From: Terrimicrobiaceae bacterium
GTDB taxonomy: Bacteria > Verrucomicrobiota > Verrucomicrobiia > Chthoniobacterales > Terrimicrobiaceae
Direction of reading: 5' to 3'
NCBI GenBank assembly: GCA_044342325.1
Contig: JBIIPZ010000002.1
Location: 1-64,000, forward strand
Length of the DNA stretch: 64,000 nt
The translations under genes and the position numbers were made by a program. Position 1 is the stretch's first letter. Each line of letters begins with the position of its first letter. A model generated the notes under the pieces. The model was given only the letters and a program-made list of their open reading frames with translations, did not search any database and was not told where the DNA came from. Positions 1-8,080 of this stretch are shown piece after piece.

Positions 1-116
1 CTCAGATCGAGAAAGGCGAGGAGTTCGAGTGGCTCCTCGAGGACAAAAACGCTTTTTTACTCCGTCGCAAAAAACCGAAAAAATCGATTTTGAAAGACCG
101 TGGGCCGCTAACTTGA
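1..116 (+). CDS. 3' end of small protein (partial), possibly AbrB/MazE-like
   Basis: Frame 3 reads QIEKGEEFEWLLEDKNAFLLRRKKPKKSILKDRGPLT-stop (TGA 114-116). The IEKGEEFEW pattern resembles AbrB-like swapped-hairpin proteins. The 5' end is outside the window. Confidence 0.4.
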   Translation, partial: QIEKGEEFEWLLEDKNAFLLRRKKPKKSILKDRGPLT

Positions 117-124
117 CGCCCATG

Positions 125-210
125 CCCTTCGGGGCCAACTTTTAGTTGCTCTTCCTTCAGCCTTCCGAAGCTTTCGGTTCTCGCGCCTGCTCCTGCGCTC
201 GATTGTGGTT
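125..210. repeat. Dispersed repeat, copy 1 (CCCTTCGGG-CCAAC...GTTGCTC...TCTCGC.CCTGC....GCGCTCGATTGTGGTT)
   Basis: The same ordered blocks recur at ~7825-7884. Confidence 0.6.
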
Positions 211-310
211 AAAAAATCCAAACCAATCCGTCTCCTCCATTTTTCCCTTCCCTCCACCCTCCCTCCGTGCACACCGTGTTCTCCGTGTTCTCCGTGTTCT
301 CCGTGGTTAA
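209..310. repeat. MITE/REP-like arm with tandem 9-mers (CCGTGTTCT)n ending in CCGTGGTTAA
   Basis: Homologous to the inverted repeat at 26850-26991, including the flanking TTAAAAAAT..CCAAAC.AATCC segment. Confidence 0.7.
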
Positions 311-869
311 ACCGCTCCTCCTTTCACTCCTCCTCTCCGTAGCCGCGCACGGCGCGCAGCCTGATTTCATGGGCACGCGCATCGATCGTGACTTTGAGCT
401 TAAAGGCCTCACGATTCCGCTCCAAGTCTCCCCCGACAGCCCGCAATCGCTCCAGATCACTTGCGGGCGTGTGCACCTCGAGTCAAAAAAACTCGGCCTT
501 TTCCGCATCGGCCCCATGCCGCAAATCGTCATCGAAGACATGACCATCCTTCTGCCGCCGGATGTCGACCTCGCCGCATCGGCAGCCGCTCTCGATGCCT
601 TTTTCAATGCCAATCCCACTTGGTCGGATATCTCCATTCGCGGATTCCAAGTGCGTCAAATGCCATCGCAGACTCCGCTCCTCAAAGCCGATTCGGCGCG
701 GATAGATGCCTCTCAAGGGAAAATATTTTTCGAAAAATTCCTTGCTCAGCAGACAATCGGTGACAAGGTTACTGCTCCGCGCGCCGTCCTGCGTCTCCGT
801 GGAAACTTGGCTGGCCAAGTCTTCCGCATCCGGGGTCGCTCCGACGACAGCGTGAAAATTTTCCGATAA
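303..869 (+). CDS. Hypothetical secreted protein
   Basis: ORF 267..869. Its first codons are repeat-derived (VFSVFSVFS), so GTG 303 is the more likely start. A signal peptide-like stretch KPLLLSLLLSVAAHGA follows. Confidence 0.55.
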   Translation: MVKPLLLSLLLSVAAHGAQPDFMGTRIDRDFELKGLTIPLQVSPDSPQSLQITCGRVHLESKKLGLFRIGPMPQIVIEDMTILLPPDVDLAASAAALDAFFNANPTWSDISIRGFQVRQMPSQTPLLKADSARIDASQGKIFFEKFLAQQTIGDKVTAPRAVLRLRGNLAGQVFRIRGRSDDSVKIFR

Positions 870-913
870 AGACAACAAAGTTCCCTTTCGACACCACCAA
901 TCACTCAATTCGT

Positions 914-3900
914 ATGAAAAAGACATACCCACTTCGTGCCCCGCTCCTCGCCTCGGTTTTTGCCCTCGCGGCATCGCCATTCGCGCTCGCGTTGTCACCA
1001 GTCTATGATCATCTCAGTACTGGCCGCGCGGCCCTTGCGCAGCAGACGCCCGAAGCGCTCGAAACCGCCTATCAAACCTTCAAGACGGGCGTGGAGACTT
1101 TCCCGAATAGTGCCGAGCTGAATTTCTTCTACGCCGCCACGCTCCTTACCCGCGAGGCACACACAGACTCGTTCAAGCAGCAATTTACAAGCCTCAATGC
1201 CACCATTAAAGAACCCAGAAGCATCTACGAGTTGGAATACTCCTTCCCGCTCGGCTTCGCTGGCCTCCTGCAGCCTCCTGCAGGCGTAAAGACCGACTCC
1301 CACCTCGCCTACTTGAATTCCAAGGCCGCGCTCATTGATGAAGCCCTGACCTGTCTCAATAAAATCACGGACGGCAACTTTACTCTCACGCTCACCTCCG
1401 CCGAGACCTCGCTTCTCGACACCAAAGTCGATTTCGCCGATGTCTGCCTCCTGCGCGCCGGCCTGCGCCTCGCCAAAGCGTCTCTACACCTTGCGAACAG
1501 CTACAATCTCAGCGGCGAGTATCGCAAACTCTACGACCTCTACGCTGCTGGCAACCTCACTCCACAAGCCGTCCTCGCCGCCTTCCCCCTGCTCTTCGAC
1601 CTCTCCACCACGCCCACCCAGCGTGCGCTTGCCCGTGCCCAAATCCAACTCGCCCATGCCGAGTGGAACACGGCCCTCGCCGCTATCAAAACCAAACGCG
1701 CGGATTCCGAAGGCTCTGTCTTAGGCCCTCTCGGCGAGAACGACACCACGCCTTTCCTTTTCGCGTTTGACAGCATCGCCGCCGCCGAAGAAGTCGATGT
1801 GTTGTTCGACACCCTCGTTACCTCGCTCAGTTCTCAAGTCACTGTCCCTGCAATTGCGACCGAGGATTTCGCTCTCGAAGGCTACAAGATTAACCTCTCC
1901 AACCTCGTCACATCACCCAGTAGCCCCCGCTCACTAGCCCCCAAACGCTTCGACCGGGGCTTTTTCCGCCCTAGCACTTGGCCGGATGCCACCCTCGGCG
2001 GAATTTTCCCAGGCGCCACTCAGGATGACATGAATGACGCAGGCAATTTCCTTTTCGTCCTCCAACCCACCGTTTACGAGCCCTACCAATTCTGGCTCCT
2101 CGCCGGCACGCCTGACGAGCCTGGCTACTTCGAAGATGGCAAGGTGCTATTCAATGAAATTAACGGCATCGCCGTGGATGCCAATGGCAACATCTATGTC
2201 GCCGACCAAGGAAATCACGTGATCCGCAAGATTTCCATCGACAATAAAGTCACTACCATTGCCGGACAAAAGTGGAACGATTGGAGTGAACGCGAACTGC
2301 TGAAGGAGCAATACTCAGTTCAGCCTGCACGCTATCCCGGCATTCTGGACTACCCAACCGGACCAATCGCTGTGGATGGAAATGGAACGGTTTATTTCAT
2401 GAATGGGTCGCTCCTTTCAAAAATCACGCCAGATGGGAAACTCTCCGATTTAGCCGGAAGTTTATTTTGGTCTGGGGAACACTCAAAGGATGGCTTTGGA
2501 CCAGATGCGGTCTTTAATTTTTGGCGGGGCAACCAAATCTTGGCCGTTGATAAAAACGGCAATCTCTACCTCTGCGACATCAATGCCATCAGAAAAATTT
2601 CTCCTGCTGGTCAAGTCACTACGCTCGCTGGCAAGCTCGGCTGGGATGACTCCGAAGGCTATGTGGATGGAGCAGGCGTTGTGGCCCGCTTCAATTACCC
2701 CACCGGCATTGCTGTTGACGATGCCGGGGTCATTTATGTCATGGACTCCGGTAACTTCGTCATCCGCAAAATCCAGCCCAATGGTGCCACTTCCACTTTT
2801 GTTGGTAATGCGACAATCAGCAATCACTTTGATGCCAAAGGCACAAAGGCCCGTTTGAGCCAACCACGCGGCCTTGCCATCGATGCAAGCGGCAATCTCT
2901 ATTTCGCGGATGGCAGCACCATCCGCAAGGTCAAGCCAGATGGTTCGGTTACAACCATCGCAGGCAAACTTACTCCAGAGCATGGAGAATTCCGTCTTCG
3001 TGGCCAGATGGGCATCCAAGAAGCAGCAGGAGAAGCTGCTGTATTCGGGGAAGATGATATTACCGGCTTGGCCGTCGACCGCCGTGGCACACTCTACGCC
3101 TCCTTTGGAGCAAGCATCTACGAAGCGGAATCTATCGCCGCCCCGCCGTCCGGAGCCCCATTCCCGACACCGACTCCGCACAGCACGCCTTCGACCAAAC
3201 CGACACCAACGCCAACGCCAACGCCAACGCCAAGTCCTGATTCAACGCCTCAACTTCTCAGCCTCGCTCTTTCTACGACTTCAGTCGATTTAACGAACGG
3301 AGCATTGGATGTGCCATTTACAATCACTGCGAGTGAAAAAATAAGTTATGCCTCTGTTTATTTTGGAGGATTCGGGGGCAGTGTATATACAGGGTCGCAT
3401 TCAAGCAAAGCTAATGGATCAATAAATATTCCAAGCTTCACTAAAGAGGGAACATATAATTTAAGTTCTTTATATTATTCATGGGGGAATTATCCGAACA
3501 ACCAATATGCCAACTTCTACGGCAATTCGATTCCGGCTGCCTTTAAAGACATTTCCATAACCGTCACTAATCCATTTACCGATTCAACGCCGCCAATTAT
3601 TCATTCTCTCGTGCTACTTTCAACGGAAGCCAATGCGTCAACCTCCAGCGTAAAAATTAGATACCGTGTCCAAATATCTGATAACCAATCTGGCTTTAGT
3701 TGGTTAAATTTGTCTTTCTGGAACGCGGATTCGTATACAAGCATAAATCCCGATGGTATAGCTGCTTGGAATTCGCTTGTCGCAGTTGATGGCGACAAGA
3801 AGACATATGAAGGAGCCATCGAAGTTCCTCAAGGCGCCGCCGCAGGCGATTGGATACTCCAGAATATCTGGATATCGGACCGAGCTGGAAATAGTGGGTC

Positions 3901-5713
3901 AGTAACCCTCACCCCTGAGTTGCAGGCCGTGAAATTTACTGTTAACAGCACGGCAATAAATCCGATTGAGTCGCAAGATGTATCCGCCCCATGGCCTACT
4001 GCTTTGAGTCTTGAAAAAGCATCAGTTGATGTCAGCAACGAGGATCAGAAAGTCAAAGTTTCTCTCCAAATTAACAACGATGATATTCCTGTCCAATATT
4101 ATGTATCAGTTGGCTTTCGTAACAAAGATGATGAAGAGGCCTTTGCCGCAGATAACTTTGAATTAGTGTCTGGTTCAGTTGTTAATGGGAATTATGAAGG
4201 CGAACTGATCATTCCGAGATACTTTAAAAATGGCAACTATACAGTTGGTTCTATTTGGATTGGCGACTCTAAATCACCTGATAGCAAGTCTATAAGTTTA
4301 AATCCCAATTTCTTCCCTGCTGAGTTGCGAAAAACCATCACAGTCACTGGAACGCAGGATGTCACCGCACCGGTCTTGCAAAGCATAGCGGTTTCGCCAA
4401 CTTCGGCAGATACGCGCAACGGCACGGTCTTGGTCACGGCCAACCTGACAATTACCGACGACTTGAGCGGCTTAGAGGACAAACAATGGCCCCGCCCAAG
4501 CGCACTCGCACTCCGCAGCCCGAGCGGCAAGGAATTTCTCTGGAGTGAGTTTTCTTTAGGCAATCGCATTGCCGGCACTAGCACCAACGGAACCTACCAA
4601 GTGCAATTCGAACTTCCCAAATACAGCGAGGAGGGCGCTTGGACGATCGACTACATCGAGTTGGAAGATAAATTCTACAACACCCGTTTCCTCATCCCAG
4701 CCAACCTAACAGCTCAGCAACTCGCCGCCTCCACGATTCAAGTCCAAGGCTGGCCTCGCGGATGGGAGACCGTTTCCACAAATCAGCCAACGGCTAATCA
4801 GCCAAAAGCCGTCATCACAAAACAAAGTGCAAAATTCTGGTTTCCGATCGCAAACATAGATGGGAACTGGACATGGGGTGAAGGCGACGATAACTCTTTG
4901 GAATATAACTGGAGCGTGGAATCGACTGCGGATCGCAATTATTCCTTTGGGTTTTCGCATTGGAAAGGTCCTGGAGAGACTCTTCAAAATGGCAATTTCA
5001 CGGCGTTTTTAAATGCTGGTCAAGTAAATGTCTGGGATGAATCTGGCGATGGCGGAACTGTTGTTGAGGGTGCCCAAATCGCCGCCACTCGGGATGGACA
5101 AAGCCTGCTAATTGAACTCAAGGATCCTGTTTACTTAGCAAAACTGCAGAAAGAAATGCCAAGTTACCTGTCGTTTTGGAGTTATGGAACCGAGCAGGAT
5201 TATTGGCAAAATGCCAAAGTCGAATATGTAAAAGAGGATGTGCAGTTGACCTTGGGTAACCTCACCCACACCGTGGACGGAACAGATAAGATTCCAACTG
5301 TGACCACCTCTCCTGGAAACCACACGCAGGATGTTACCATCACCTACGACGGCACGACCAGACCACCCAGCGAGGTAGGGTCATATACAGTTGTCGCTTA
5401 CCTTAATACGGCCAACTATAAAGGCAAACAAGTGGCAACAATGACCATCTCCAATCCCCCGCCACCGCCACCAAGCGGTGGTGGCGGTGGTGGAGGTGCT
5501 CCATCCGGCGGTGGTGGCGGCGAAACAGAAAAGCCGAAAAAAGGCAAAAGAGGTTCCGATAACAAAGACAACGATAAAAAGGACAACAATAAAAAATCCT
5601 CCGACAAAAAAGACAACAACGATAAAAAGTCCTCAAGCAAAAAGTCGGACAAGAAATCCAGCGGAGGAGGCGACACCAAAAAAACCGGCGGTAAGAAGGA
5701 GAGAAAAAAGTAG
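914..5713 (+). CDS. Large secreted mosaic protein: helical N-domain, NHL beta-propeller, PT linker, ~4 Ig-like repeats, MBG-like domain, Pro/Gly linker and Lys-rich tail
   Basis: Signal peptide MKKTYPLRAPLLASVFALAASPFALA. NHL repeats GIAVDANGNIYVADQGNHVIRKI and FNYPTGIAVDDAGVIYVMDSGNFVIRKI. Repeats of D(S/V)T(A/P)P.L.S. MBG-like VTITYDG...PPSEVGSYTVVA. C-terminus ...KKTGGKKERKK. Confidence 0.85.
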   Translation: MKKTYPLRAPLLASVFALAASPFALALSPVYDHLSTGRAALAQQTPEALETAYQTFKTGVETFPNSAELNFFYAATLLTREAHTDSFKQQFTSLNATIKEPRSIYELEYSFPLGFAGLLQPPAGVKTDSHLAYLNSKAALIDEALTCLNKITDGNFTLTLTSAETSLLDTKVDFADVCLLRAGLRLAKASLHLANSYNLSGEYRKLYDLYAAGNLTPQAVLAAFPLLFDLSTTPTQRALARAQIQLAHAEWNTALAAIKTKRADSEGSVLGPLGENDTTPFLFAFDSIAAAEEVDVLFDTLVTSLSSQVTVPAIATEDFALEGYKINLSNLVTSPSSPRSLAPKRFDRGFFRPSTWPDATLGGIFPGATQDDMNDAGNFLFVLQPTVYEPYQFWLLAGTPDEPGYFEDGKVLFNEINGIAVDANGNIYVADQGNHVIRKISIDNKVTTIAGQKWNDWSERELLKEQYSVQPARYPGILDYPTGPIAVDGNGTVYFMNGSLLSKITPDGKLSDLAGSLFWSGEHSKDGFGPDAVFNFWRGNQILAVDKNGNLYLCDINAIRKISPAGQVTTLAGKLGWDDSEGYVDGAGVVARFNYPTGIAVDDAGVIYVMDSGNFVIRKIQPNGATSTFVGNATISNHFDAKGTKARLSQPRGLAIDASGNLYFADGSTIRKVKPDGSVTTIAGKLTPEHGEFRLRGQMGIQEAAGEAAVFGEDDITGLAVDRRGTLYASFGASIYEAESIAAPPSGAPFPTPTPHSTPSTKPTPTPTPTPTPSPDSTPQLLSLALSTTSVDLTNGALDVPFTITASEKISYASVYFGGFGGSVYTGSHSSKANGSINIPSFTKEGTYNLSSLYYSWGNYPNNQYANFYGNSIPAAFKDISITVTNPFTDSTPPIIHSLVLLSTEANASTSSVKIRYRVQISDNQSGFSWLNLSFWNADSYTSINPDGIAAWNSLVAVDGDKKTYEGAIEVPQGAAAGDWILQNIWISDRAGNSGSVTLTPELQAVKFTVNSTAINPIESQDVSAPWPTALSLEKASVDVSNEDQKVKVSLQINNDDIPVQYYVSVGFRNKDDEEAFAADNFELVSGSVVNGNYEGELIIPRYFKNGNYTVGSIWIGDSKSPDSKSISLNPNFFPAELRKTITVTGTQDVTAPVLQSIAVSPTSADTRNGTVLVTANLTITDDLSGLEDKQWPRPSALALRSPSGKEFLWSEFSLGNRIAGTSTNGTYQVQFELPKYSEEGAWTIDYIELEDKFYNTRFLIPANLTAQQLAASTIQVQGWPRGWETVSTNQPTANQPKAVITKQSAKFWFPIANIDGNWTWGEGDDNSLEYNWSVESTADRNYSFGFSHWKGPGETLQNGNFTAFLNAGQVNVWDESGDGGTVVEGAQIAATRDGQSLLIELKDPVYLAKLQKEMPSYLSFWSYGTEQDYWQNAKVEYVKEDVQLTLGNLTHTVDGTDKIPTVTTSPGNHTQDVTITYDGTTRPPSEVGSYTVVAYLNTANYKGKQVATMTISNPPPPPPSGGGGGGGAPSGGGGGETEKPKKGKRGSDNKDNDKKDNNKKSSDKKDNNDKKSSSKKSDKKSSGGGDTKKTGGKKERKK

Positions 5714-5736
5714 TCCTTTAAGCCGACGATCTCCTG

Positions 5737-6310
5737 TGTAGCGGCGGTCTGTGACCGTCGACAGTGGAGTTTAGACATCTTCCTGGCGAGGCGCTCTGTG
5801 ACCGCCGATGGGCAGCGTTCAGTGCCCATATAGGCGCCGCTATCAGATTATACCGCAGGGGCCTTCATAAGCCGAGCTCAACTCATGCCGTGCAGATACT
5901 CTGTAAATTGACGAAAAAACGGCAAAATCATGGGCAGCAAAATCATTTGGAATGCGAATTGTAGCGTCGGTCTATGACCGTCGGTGGAAAAACCAACCCT
6001 GGCGCTCATAGAGACGCCGCTACAACTGCGCCGCGCCTCCGCGCCCAGACCGCCTGCTCTTCTAAAAAATGATTTTGCTGTCCATGGTTTTGTCAACCCC
6101 TTCCTCTCTCCGGCGCTCATAGAGACGCCGCTACAACTGCGCCTCGCCTCCGCGCCTCGCCTCCGCGCCTCGCCTCCGCGCCCAGACCGCCTGCCCTTCC
6201 AAAAAAATGATTTTGCTGTCCATGGTTTTGTCAACCCTTTCCCCCTCTCCGGCGCTCATAGAGACGCCGCTACAAGGGGAGAGGCTCGGCAGTCACAAAC
6301 AGCCGCTACA
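5737..6310. repeat. Composite REP array (GTAG-hairpin REPs plus AATGATTTTGCTG.CCATG.TTTTG repeats), BIME-like
   Basis: TGTAGCG.CGGTCT.TGACCG at 5737 and 5960. Identical GGCGCTCATAGAGACGCCGCTACA at 6001, 6112 and 6251. CGGCAGTCACAAACAGCCGCTACA at 6287. A second repeat family occurs at ~5908-5948 (reverse), ~6068 and ~6206. Confidence 0.85.
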
Positions 6311-6369
6311 GGAGTTCAAAATAAAATTTGCAAAATCACGCTTGTTCCGTAAAATTGCGACTCGTATTT

Positions 6370-7521
6370 ATGGATGTTTCGCGTTTTTTAAAACAACCTG
6401 CTGGTAGCTTTTTTCTTCTGGGGCCTAGGGGGACCGGCAAAAGTTGGTGGACGAGGAAGTCATTTACGGGGGCTTTGGTTGTGGATTTATTGGATGCTGC
6501 CACTCTGCGTGATTTGGCGGCCCGGCCGGAGCGCCTGGCTGATTTGGTTCGGGGGGCGGGCGATTGCTCGACTGTGGTGGTGGACGAGGTGCAGAAGCTG
6601 CCTGAGTTACTGGAAGTCGTTCATGGCCTGATCGAAGAAAGGTGTGGCAAGGTTTTTGTTCTGACCGGCTCAAGTGCCAGAAAGTTGAGGCGTGCGGGGG
6701 TGAATTTGCTCGGGGGCCGCGCGGGGCGTTTGAGTATGCATCCCTACATGGCAGCGGAGCTGGGGGAGGCTTTTTCTTTTGAGGGCGCGCTCCGACACGG
6801 CTTGCTACCCGTGGTAGTGGGCGCTGAAGATCCGGATTTTCAACTGCGCGCTTATTGTGGATTGTATCTTAAAGAAGAGGTTCAGGCTGAAGGGTTGGTA
6901 AGAAATATTGGGGCGTTTGCGAGGTTTATGGAGGTCATGAGCTTTTCGCATGGAGGGGTTCTGAACCTTGCCAATGCCGCCCGCGAGTGTGCGGTGAAGC
7001 GCTCGACGCTGGAGGGATATCTCTCCATTTTAGAGGATTTACTCTTGGGCTGGAGGTTGCCTGTTTTTACGCGTCGGGCGAAGCGGGAGCTGGCGAGCCA
7101 CCCGAAATTTTATTTTTTCGATACGGGTGTCTTTCGTGCGAATAGGCCAAAGGGTCCGCTGGATGAAATCTCTGAAATAGAGGGGCCTGCTTTGGAGGGG
7201 CTGGTGGCGCAACATCTGAGGGCCTGGTGTGATTATAGCCAAGGTGGGCATGCGCTTTATTACTGGCAAACACGATCGCAAGTCGAAGTGGACTTCGTGA
7301 TTTACGGCGAATCCGGCTTGTATGCGGTCGAAGTAAAAAACACACACAAAATTCGACCAGAGGATTTATCTGCCCTCAAATCATTTGCGCAGGACTATCC
7401 GGAAAGCCAAAGAATTTTGCTCTACCGAGGTAGGGAAACGCTGCTGCGCGATGGAATTCATTGTATGCCCTGTGAAACATTTCTCCGTGCTTTAAAACCC
7501 GACTCGATTTCCGTTCGCTGA
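6370..7521 (+). CDS. AAA+ ATPase with DUF4143 domain and C-terminal nuclease-like domain
   Basis: Walker A GPRGTGKS, Walker B VVVDEVQK, LTGSS, PKFYFFDTGV, EVDFVI..AVEVK. ATG at 6370. Confidence 0.9.
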   Translation: MDVSRFLKQPAGSFFLLGPRGTGKSWWTRKSFTGALVVDLLDAATLRDLAARPERLADLVRGAGDCSTVVVDEVQKLPELLEVVHGLIEERCGKVFVLTGSSARKLRRAGVNLLGGRAGRLSMHPYMAAELGEAFSFEGALRHGLLPVVVGAEDPDFQLRAYCGLYLKEEVQAEGLVRNIGAFARFMEVMSFSHGGVLNLANAARECAVKRSTLEGYLSILEDLLLGWRLPVFTRRAKRELASHPKFYFFDTGVFRANRPKGPLDEISEIEGPALEGLVAQHLRAWCDYSQGGHALYYWQTRSQVEVDFVIYGESGLYAVEVKNTHKIRPEDLSALKSFAQDYPESQRILLYRGRETLLRDGIHCMPCETFLRALKPDSISVR

Positions 7522-7558
7522 GCATAATACCAAAAGCTGAATTCTTTTGGACTCCTGC

Positions 7559-7620
7559 TGTAGCGGCGGTCTGTGACCGCTGATGTTCCGCGAATCGGCG
7601 CTCATAGAGACGCCGCTACA
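7559..7620. repeat. Inverted REP pair
   Basis: TGTAGCGGCGGTCTGTGACCG from 7559 and CGGCGCTCATAGAGACGCCGCTACA at 7596-7620. Confidence 0.85.
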
Positions 7621-7824
7621 AGTGAATACGGCTCGCTAAAATTCAAAACCTAATAGCCATTGGTATAAGAAGCTGGGATTGGCAGAAAAAAGCAAAAATC
7701 TTGCAAGCCTGCTTGCAGAGTTTTTGTTTTACCCTGCCCCATTCGCGTAGCGAATGCACCCGTGCCCGTTTCTTCGTATCCGTGTTCATCCGGGTAATTT
7801 GATTCAGTCGATCCCACTCCCTTA

Positions 7825-7884
7825 CCCTTCGGGCCAACCTGCGGTTGCTCCATCTCGCACCTGCCACGGCGCTCGATTGTGGTT
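7825..7884. repeat. Dispersed repeat, copy 2 (matches 125-210)
   Basis: CCCTTCGGGCCAACCTGCGGTTGCTCCATCTCGCACCTGCCACGGCGCTCGATTGTGGTT. Confidence 0.6.
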
Positions 7885-8080
7885 TTATATTATTCTTTCC
7901 TGTAATATGATGTGACTTTTTAGTTAGGAGATGTGGCAGAATAGAGGGCGAGCAGGGAGAAAAATTCGAAAGTCAGGGAATTTGTAAGTAGTTTTCAGAA
8001 AGTTGCTTTGTGAAATCGGCGCGGAGATACGGGGTTGGGCCCGCTCTCCGCGCCTTTGTTGTTTATTCAGTCCTTGGCTT

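Noticed and set aside
6001..6274. CRISPR array (three identical 24-mers)
   Set aside because: The spacers are 87-115 bp and copies of each other, the repeat is a GTAG-REP also found dispersed and inverted, and no cas genes are present.
5878..6352. ORFs with internal repeats (118 and 122 aa)
   Set aside because: They are translations of the REP array.
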